IMG/VR virus record: IMGVR_UViG_3300031689_000003
Location: 1-60,325 of that record
DNA: 60,325 bases
Reading direction: 5' to 3' (one strand)
From: a virus
Taxonomy: Duplodnaviria > Caudoviricetes
How positions within the stretch are numbered: position 1 is the stretch's first letter; each line of letters opens with the position of its first letter. A program made the position numbers and the translations under genes. Below, piece after piece: positions 56,388 to 60,325 of this stretch. The notes under the pieces are model-generated. The model did not search any database. It had not been told where the DNA came from and saw nothing but the letters and a program-made list of their open reading frames with translations.

Positions 56388-56840
56388 ATGTTTATTTCAA
56401 GGAAAAAACCACCTTTCGATTATCTAAAATATTGGAGAGTTATAAGATACTTTATAAAAGCTAAATATAAACTTACAACAGGAGAACTCGATGTTATGTT
56501 ATTCCTATATACAGAATCTTATTTTAGTAAAGATAAATTTAATGAGTTTGATGAATTAATATCTTGGGACGTTAAGAGATTCGATAAACTTTTAACGGAA
56601 GGTTGGATATGCGTCTTCCGTAAACGTTCAGGAAAGACCAAAGCATTGTACGAAGTGTCGTACAAAGGAAGACGTATGTTGAGTACTATGTATAAAAAAT
56701 TAAACGGAGAAGAAATACCTGAATCCCCCTCCGTTAATCCTATCTTTTTAAAAAATGTTTCTTACACCGACAAGGTGTATCGCAATATGATTATCGAAAT
56801 GAATCTCTTTATAAGACAACAACGACATCTTGCTCCTTGA
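56388..56840 (+). CDS. Winged-helix (MarR-like) DNA-binding protein (probable start MFISRK)
   Basis: LTTGELDVMLFLY...FDKLLTEGWI..FRKR....ALYEVSYKGRRML; only + strand gene in the late arm. Confidence 0.65.
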   Translation: MFISRKKPPFDYLKYWRVIRYFIKAKYKLTTGELDVMLFLYTESYFSKDKFNEFDELISWDVKRFDKLLTEGWICVFRKRSGKTKALYEVSYKGRRMLSTMYKKLNGEEIPESPSVNPIFLKNVSYTDKVYRNMIIEMNLFIRQQRHLAP

Positions 56841-57066
56841 TAATTGTAAAGGTATCATCACCCATTAACATTTTATGACCTGCTCTTGAGTCATAATAAA
56901 TAATGTCATCTGAATTAAGAACAGAGACATCTGTTCCGGGAACAATTACAAGTCCTTTCTTATATCTCAATTGATTAACCTCGTCTGCTCCTAAAAGCAA
57001 TCCCGAGCCTGTTTCAATTTCTTCTACTATCTCTTTGATTAAAATATATTTTCCTATTGGCTTCAT
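56809..57066 (-). CDS. groES: Co-chaperonin GroES
   Basis: MKPIGKYILIK...ETGSGLLL...KGLV...G...D.IYY...IIKEQDVV. Confidence 0.88.
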   Translation of the reverse strand: MKPIGKYILIKEIVEEIETGSGLLLGADEVNQLRYKKGLVIVPGTDVSVLNSDDIIYYDSRAGHKMLMGDDTFTIIKEQDVVVVL

Positions 57067-57152
57067 TGGTTATCTTCTTTATATATTTGAAAAAGTACAA
57101 CAAGGCATACAAACAAACATATGAACCCTGTATATACCAAATCTCCTATCAT
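57063..57152 (-). CDS. 29-aa single-TM peptide between groEL and groES
   Basis: MIGDLVYTGFICLFVCLVVLFQIYKEDNQ; TAATG overlap with groEL, ATGA overlap with groES. Confidence 0.55.
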   Translation of the reverse strand: MIGDLVYTGFICLFVCLVVLFQIYKEDNQ

Positions 57153-58741
57153 TAGTCTTTATCTTCGTAAGTTCTTGCCATTGTTATAATAGCGTTTGTA
57201 GAAAGTATGGTTACTGCTACTGACACCGCATTCTGTAATGCTTCCTTAGTTACCTTCAACGGGTCTATTACTCCCATTAGATACATATCTCCCCATACTC
57301 CTGTCTTAACATTAAGACCATAACTCTTATTATCCACATCCATTTCCTTTTCAGAAGGTGCAATCTTTAGTCCTGCGTTCTTCCAAATTTGATGAAGAGG
57401 TGCACGAAGAGCGTTAGCTAACATCATACCTGCAACACTATCGTCTTGCTTTAAGGATTCTGTATATAAAGCAACTCCTCCTCCGGGTAAGATACCCTGC
57501 TCAAGTGCTGACCTTACTGCACATACTGCATCGTCTACTCTGTCGTATTTTTCTTTTTGTTCTAAGTCTGTTTTACCACCTACGTAGATTACACCAATAC
57601 CACCTGTCAAAGAAGCAATACGTGATAAGATAAATTCTTTCTCGTGTTTAACAACTGATAACTTGTGAGCATCCCATAACTGAGAAACTCTTTCTGTTAC
57701 CTTATCTGAAATAGTCTTGTCCTCTTTAAGTATAACTGTATTGTCTCTACCTACAATTATTTTGCTTGCAAATCCTAAATCTTCAAATGACATATGACTT
57801 AAGTCATCTCCTGTCTTCTCAGAAAAATATGTAGCACCTACCGAGATTGCTATGTCATTCATCAACTCGTGTTGCTTGTATCCAAATTGTGGAGGTGTAA
57901 TGTTACAGACCTTAATGTCACGCTTCATTACGTTAGCAGCTAATGTATTAATAACACTCCCTGAACAAGGAGCAATGATAAGCAATTTCTTTCCCTCTGA
58001 AATAATTGGCTTTAGTATGTTTTCTATTTGGAGTACGTTGCTTATCTCTGCATCTGATACTAAGATGTGTGTGTCTTCAAAGACACATTCGTCTTTCTTG
58101 TGGTCATTAATAAAAAGATTAGATGTATAACCTCTATCAACTTTCAGCCCTGTGGTTGTCTCAAAGTATGTATCTGATGTTTGGGAACGGTCAACAGTCA
58201 CGATACCATTTTTGCCAATGTCATTATACACCTTTGAGATTATGCTTCCAATCTCTGTGTCATTATTCGCTGCGATAGTAGCAACGTGTTTCAATTTTGT
58301 TTTTGTAACTGCCTTAGCACTATTCTTTAATGAACTAACAATTGCTTTAGTCTTCTCTACGATATCACGCAGAACCTCTGTCTTGTTTACGTCATCATTA
58401 AAACGACTCATACCTTCTTTTACTAAAGCCTCTGTAAGAACAATAGCCGTTGTAGTTCCGTCACCTGCTGCGGTAGCCGTTCTGTCGGCTGCTTCCTTCA
58501 TCATCTGAACTGCAAGATTCTCTACAGGGTCTAACAATGAAACTGCTTTTGCAACAGTCACTCCATCTTTAGTTACCGTGATTCCGTGTGTATGGTTTGG
58601 TGATTCTATTAGCACCGTCTGCCCGGATGGGCCTAAAGTTGACTTAACTGCAGATGCAATCGTGCTAATCCCTGCTACTAATTTGTCCCTACCTTCTTGG
58701 TCAAACTTTAAATTCTTTGGTGTGTACCCTATTTCATTCAT
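57152..58741 (-). CDS. groEL: Chaperonin GroEL
   Basis: AVKSTLGPSG, VTKDGVTVAK, AGDGTTTA, GILPGGG, GVIDPLKVT; no GGM tail. Confidence 0.96.
   Translation of the reverse strand: MNEIGYTPKNLKFDQEGRDKLVAGISTIASAVKSTLGPSGQTVLIESPNHTHGITVTKDGVTVAKAVSLLDPVENLAVQMMKEAADRTATAAGDGTTTAIVLTEALVKEGMSRFNDDVNKTEVLRDIVEKTKAIVSSLKNSAKAVTKTKLKHVATIAANNDTEIGSIISKVYNDIGKNGIVTVDRSQTSDTYFETTTGLKVDRGYTSNLFINDHKKDECVFEDTHILVSDAEISNVLQIENILKPIISEGKKLLIIAPCSGSVINTLAANVMKRDIKVCNITPPQFGYKQHELMNDIAISVGATYFSEKTGDDLSHMSFEDLGFASKIIVGRDNTVILKEDKTISDKVTERVSQLWDAHKLSVVKHEKEFILSRIASLTGGIGVIYVGGKTDLEQKEKYDRVDDAVCAVRSALEQGILPGGGVALYTESLKQDDSVAGMMLANALRAPLHQIWKNAGLKIAPSEKEMDVDNKSYGLNVKTGVWGDMYLMGVIDPLKVTKEALQNAVSVAVTILSTNAIITMARTYEDKD
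58071..58086. repeat. 16-bp dyad motif copy 8 (inside groEL)
   Basis: GTGTCTTCAAAGACAC; encodes CVFEDT on - strand. Confidence 0.9.
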
Positions 58742-58760
58742 ATTAATTAGATTTATTCGT

Positions 58761-58768
58761 CAAAGATA
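58761..58768 (-). promoter_or_regulatory. -7 box TATCTTTG for groEL
   Basis: CAAAGATA on + strand, 20 nt upstream of the groEL ATG. Confidence 0.65.
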
Positions 58769-58856
58769 CAATTAATTATACTCTATACGCAAAATAACAA
58801 AGAGTAAAAGAGGAATGTTTAATAATAGTCTAAATGCTAAACTCAGCTTTTAAGGT

Positions 58857-59010
58857 ATCCCTATAGGGGGGGTAGTAATAATACTATAATATTAGTTTAC
58901 TTATAGAACATTTAAGAGTTAATATAGACATTATCGACAACTACTTAGAAATCAATTAGTTACAAACAAAAATTCAGCACAAATCGACATTAGATCGGCA
59001 CACTATGACA
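58857..59010. repeat. Origin-like element copy B (homologous to 8011-8150)
   Basis: Same blocks in the same order and orientation as copy A. Confidence 0.65.
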
Positions 59011-59011
59011 C

Positions 59012-59040
59012 AAAAAAAGAGAGGGTAATCACTCCCTCTC
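59012..59040 (-). terminator. Intrinsic terminator
   Basis: - strand GAGAGGG...CCCTCTC followed by T7. Confidence 0.75.
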
Positions 59041-59064
59041 CTAAATCAATTACTAATCAATCAA

Positions 59065-59256
59065 CTATCTATAAAATCCTTTACGACCTTCTGCTAACTC
59101 TATACCGTCAGCAATCATATTAACTTCTTTGACTCTCTTCATAGTCTGCTTTATATTTGCAGCCTGTTGAATTCCCGTTATACCCGGTTCTCTGTCATTA
59201 ATAAGACGACCATTCTTAATAGTCAATCCTCCTGTGTTCTTATATTTCATATCCAT
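59065..59256 (-). CDS. Small hypothetical protein
   Basis: ORF track; followed by a terminator. Confidence 0.6.
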   Translation of the reverse strand: MDMKYKNTGGLTIKNGRLINDREPGITGIQQAANIKQTMKRVKEVNMIADGIELAEGRKGFYR

Positions 59257-59392
59257 ATTTTATGTTTATACTTATTAATCCTAAGAATAAAATTATATCC
59301 CCATAATCATATTCCTCATTTATTCTGTACCAAGCAAACCCTAATGCGAATCCAATGCGTAGCCTGTTCTCTATGATGACTTGGTAATTCAT
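59240..59392 (-). CDS. Small hydrophobic protein (probable start MNYQV, leaderless)
   Basis: - strand reads TATATTTG(59404-59397)-CTTT-ATG. Confidence 0.55.
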   Translation of the reverse strand: MNYQVIIENRLRIGFALGFAWYRINEEYDYGDIILFLGLISINIKYGYEI

Positions 59393-59557
59393 AAAGCAAA
59401 TATACGAAAAAAATATTATCAGATATATGTAGTGTTTTGGTTCTATGGGGTCGCACGCCAACACCCGGACTCAGGAAAGCCAAAATCTGACAGACAAAAA
59501 AAAACTTTTTCAGAATTTTTTCTCGGATTTTTTGGCGTTTTCGTTTAGCCCTACCTA

Positions 59558-59661
59558 CCTGCGTAGACTATACCTATGCAATCCCTTACTATGCTTACAT
59601 ACCTGCCCTATTTACCTGCACGTTTGCCCTGCTCGAGTCCTGCTCCTGCTCCTGCTCCTGC
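59558..59661 (+). repeat. CCTGC cluster including a (CCTGCT)3-CCTGC tandem
   Basis: CCTGC at 59558, 59602, 59615, 59628, 59639, 59645, 59651, 59657. Confidence 0.7.
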
Positions 59662-59676
59662 AGGCAAGACTGAGTA

Positions 59677-59692
59677 GTGTCCTTGAAGACAC
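59677..59692. repeat. 16-bp dyad motif copy 9
   Basis: GTGTCCTTGAAGACAC (reverse complement of copy 2). Confidence 0.9.
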
Positions 59693-59817
59693 AGAGAGAC
59701 ATCTCTTAGCCCTATGGCCATACGTTTACAGACTAAACAAAACTTGGTGAATAGAATAGGCCAAATAATACATAAACATTTAGACAAGAATTATACTATT
59801 ATTAAACTTAAAAGAAC

Positions 59818-59825
59818 TATATTTG
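59818..59825 (+). promoter_or_regulatory. -7 box TATATTTG for the first early gene
   Basis: TAnnTTTG about 70 nt upstream of ATG 59898; leader contains hairpin GGCTGA-CAA-TCAGCC (59866-59880). Confidence 0.55.
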
Positions 59826-59897
59826 AACAAGGGAGAATAGAGCAGTACTCATATCTCACGCAATAGGCTGACAATCAGCCACATAACTTAAATTACA

Positions 59898-60325
59898 ATG
59901 ATGAACAACGAATTATTAAGTATCGAATCGGCATTCTTAAATTTGCCTGCAGTAAAGACTGCGTTAAACCTTGCCGACATCAAACGAGCAAACAGAGACA
60001 TCACCAATGCTCAGAAGAAAAAATTTGACCATACAATCAAGATGGCAAAGTTAGTTACTACTGCAGTAGATTTTTACGAAAGCGAAGAAGGTAAAGAGTT
60101 ATTTGCTGAAGAAGGTATCGAATGGAGCAAAGCGGATTTAGGATTAAAAGTATTCGGATGGCAGAAGAGTTTCTTCTACAAAGTAGTTAAGGCAGGATTG
60201 TTAGATGAAAGGATTATAGAAAGCTACAGAGTTAAGACAGATGCTAATACTGATGCATCAAGGAGTCTTGCAGGATTGTTAACATTTGCATCAACAATTG
60301 ATTTATCAACGATAGAGCACGACAT
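59898..60325 (+). CDS. Hypothetical early protein, 3'-truncated by window edge
   Basis: Open frame MMNNELLSIESAFLNLPAVKTALNL... with no stop before the window end. Confidence 0.75.
   Translation, partial: MMNNELLSIESAFLNLPAVKTALNLADIKRANRDITNAQKKKFDHTIKMAKLVTTAVDFYESEEGKELFAEEGIEWSKADLGLKVFGWQKSFFYKVVKAGLLDERIIESYRVKTDANTDASRSLAGLLTFASTIDLSTIEHD

Noticed and set aside
14669-58775. Numerous short + strand ORFs opposite the structural genes (e.g. 16544, 18524, 23406, 32884, 36016, 47292, 58152)
   Set aside because: Antisense shadows fully inside long, motif-bearing - strand CDSs
59445-59750. ORF with a poly-Leu stretch
   Set aside because: The Leu run derives from the CCTGCT repeat in a probable non-coding terminal region
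1-60325. tRNA genes, integrase, DNA polymerase, stop-codon reassignment
   Set aside because: None recognised; long genes are intact in the standard code and TAA, TAG and TGA all serve as stops

Overview
This window is an essentially complete (~60 kb, AT-rich) genome of a lytic-looking podovirus-like dsDNA phage, most likely infecting a Bacteroidota (Flavobacteriia-type) host. The host inference rests on TAnnTTTG promoters, A/T-rich start contexts without Shine-Dalgarno sequences and a BT4734-type primase. The + strand arm (59.9 kb to the window end, then 1-13.7 kb) carries early and replication genes: a putative amidoligase, a GATase-II/GGCT fusion, tiny lipoproteins, Sak, an exonuclease, SSB, a primase-helicase, an SF2 helicase, VRR-NUC and two DnaA-domain-IV-like proteins. 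The - strand arm (13.8-59.4 kb) carries groEL/groES, an array of tiny basic proteins, lysis genes, fibres, terminase, portal, capsid, tail and ejection proteins, including a 3088-aa HExxH protein. I saw no DNA polymerase, integrase, tRNA or CRISPR array. The most notable unannotated signals are: (1) two covarying type III hammerhead ribozymes (853-906, 3351-3401), each in a stop/hairpin/ribozyme/next-gene cassette directly after the amidoligase and GATase-GGCT genes; (2) a 16-bp dyad GTGTCYTYRARGACAC present at least 9 times, including inside conserved CDSs in three reading frames; (3) a duplicated origin-like element with an IHF-type site; (4) face-to-face promoters in front of a lone wHTH gene; (5) apparent genome-wide avoidance of CCAG/CTGG and GATC. 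All protein calls come from motif recognition by eye; no database searches were run.
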